Shown here in pieces: positions 63,215 to 64,000 of a stretch of 64,000 nucleotides of DNA. Numbering within the stretch: the first letter of the stretch is position 1; every line of letters starts with the position of its first letter. The position numbers and the translations under genes were made by a program. Under the pieces are notes generated by a model. The model was not told the origin of the DNA. It did not search any database and saw only the letters and a list, made by a program, of their open reading frames with translations. Source of the stretch: Patescibacteria group bacterium (lineage in GTDB: Bacteria; Patescibacteriota; JAUYIX01; JBHPHK01); assembly GCA_042569365.1 (NCBI GenBank), contig JBHPHK010000001.1:21082-85081 (forward strand). Direction: 5' to 3'.

Positions 63215-63844
63215 ATGACCAACCTAAATAAACTATTCAGCATTATAGAGCTTACGCGCTTTCAGCCCCAGTACGGTTGGGGGCCTGTAGGCATTTCAAA
63301 GGGAGAACAAAGCGATCTGGCACAGCACGGGTATATGGTCACATATATTGCGTGGATTCTTGGCTTGAAAGCAAATCAGGCCGGGGCTAAATTAAATCTA
63401 GGACGCATTATGGAGCTTGCTATGGTGCATGACCTCGGAGAATTATTTGGGGGAGATATTGCGATGCCGTATGCGAAAGCCAATCCGGATGCGCGCCAAG
63501 CCGCAAAAGCATTTGAAGCGGAGAATATTAAATTTATCAATGATCTGCATGGAGAAGACAAGAAGTACTTCAATGATTTGACTAAAGAATTAGAATCGGG
63601 CTCTTCCGACGAGGCTTTGGTTGCCAGAGTCGCAGATTATATCGAGCTTGCGCACTATAAACTACTGATTAATCATTTGGATGACAGTTCTGTTGCCATG
63701 TATATTAAAAAGATACAAGGCAAGATCGATAGTCTTAAGGACGAAGCGGCGCGTACATACTTTCAAGATTTTAATGACAAGTGGCCTAAAGAAATAAAAG
63801 AAGCGGGCTTCGAAAAAATGTTTGACAAGATAAAACGAAAATAA
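63215..63844 (+). CDS. HD-domain phosphohydrolase (YfbR-like 5-prime-nucleotidase family)
   Basis: SDLAQHGYMV...ELAMVHDLGELFGGDI...VADYIELA gives the H...HD...D pattern. Confidence 0.75.
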   Translation: MTNLNKLFSIIELTRFQPQYGWGPVGISKGEQSDLAQHGYMVTYIAWILGLKANQAGAKLNLGRIMELAMVHDLGELFGGDIAMPYAKANPDARQAAKAFEAENIKFINDLHGEDKKYFNDLTKELESGSSDEALVARVADYIELAHYKLLINHLDDSSVAMYIKKIQGKIDSLKDEAARTYFQDFNDKWPKEIKEAGFEKMFDKIKRK

Positions 63845-64000
63845 TGCACAGAAAGAAAACAATCATCAGCTTTATTATATTTGCCCTGGCCTTTGTGTTG
63901 TCCGGAATGGAATTATTTCCAGTGTTTGTACAGGCGGAGGCTGGGGAAGAGCCCATCGTGATAAATGCCAATGGAGCATGGTCTTGGTTCCAGGATCCGC
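63844..64000 (+). CDS. Start of a secreted or membrane-anchored protein (3-prime end outside the window)
   Basis: The ATG overlaps the upstream stop (TAATG). I translated it by hand as MHRKKTIISFIIFALAFVLSGMELFPVFVQAEAGEEPIVINANGAWSWFQDP, which is signal-peptide-like. Confidence 0.4.
   Translation, partial: MHRKKTIISFIIFALAFVLSGMELFPVFVQAEAGEEPIVINANGAWSWFQDP

Noticed and set aside
53270-64000. I searched for an integrase/recombinase gene and for a downstream direct repeat of the tRNA-Ser 3-prime end (att site).
   Set aside because: Neither was seen in the window. The island interpretation rests only on position, gene content and GC.

Overview
The window reads as a gene-dense segment of a small-genome, probably uncultivated bacterium. 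A Patescibacteria/CPR-like origin is my inference from gene content and many membrane-anchored orphan proteins; it is not proven. About 57 CDS and one tRNA are supportable.

Housekeeping backbone: rpoB (3-prime part), rpoC, ftsK, gpmI, a rodZ-like gene, recA, rpsF-ssb-rpsR, ychF, a PMM/PGM, trpS, rnj, secG, uvrC, uvrA, groES-groEL (with a CIRCE-like operator), pyk and tRNA-Ser(GGA). Promoters are unusually legible, with many exact TTGACA-17 nt-TAnnnT pairs. Rho-independent terminators are also clear.

Accessory content:
1. A membrane-anchored PD40 propeller gene lies between rpoB and rpoC.
2. Two giant SBBP-repeat surface proteins are present. One has an internal block of about 65% GC.
3. Four paralogous membrane-anchored genes each end in a near-identical terminator. 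One of them is fused to an ECF sigma factor.
4. A hairpin/TIR repeat family occurs once around a GIY-YIG nuclease gene and once as an empty MITE-like pair.
5. Two orphan genes carry long structured leaders. One leader looks like a riboswitch or attenuator.
6. Top candidate: a tightly coupled accessory operon starts 25 nt after tRNA-Ser. Its low-GC core (55.35-60.03 kb, about 28-42% GC in hand-counted lines) encodes an HD hydrolase, a SAM methyltransferase, a truncated AlaRS-like catalytic domain, an MccF/LdcA-family S66 serine peptidase and an AsnRS/AspRS-like catalytic core without an anticodon-binding domain. An ABC-2 exporter follows directly. I propose this as an undescribed aminoacyl-adenylate or aminoacyl-nucleoside producing and immunity system. 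That function is inference only.

No rRNA, CRISPR array, integrase or transposase was seen.
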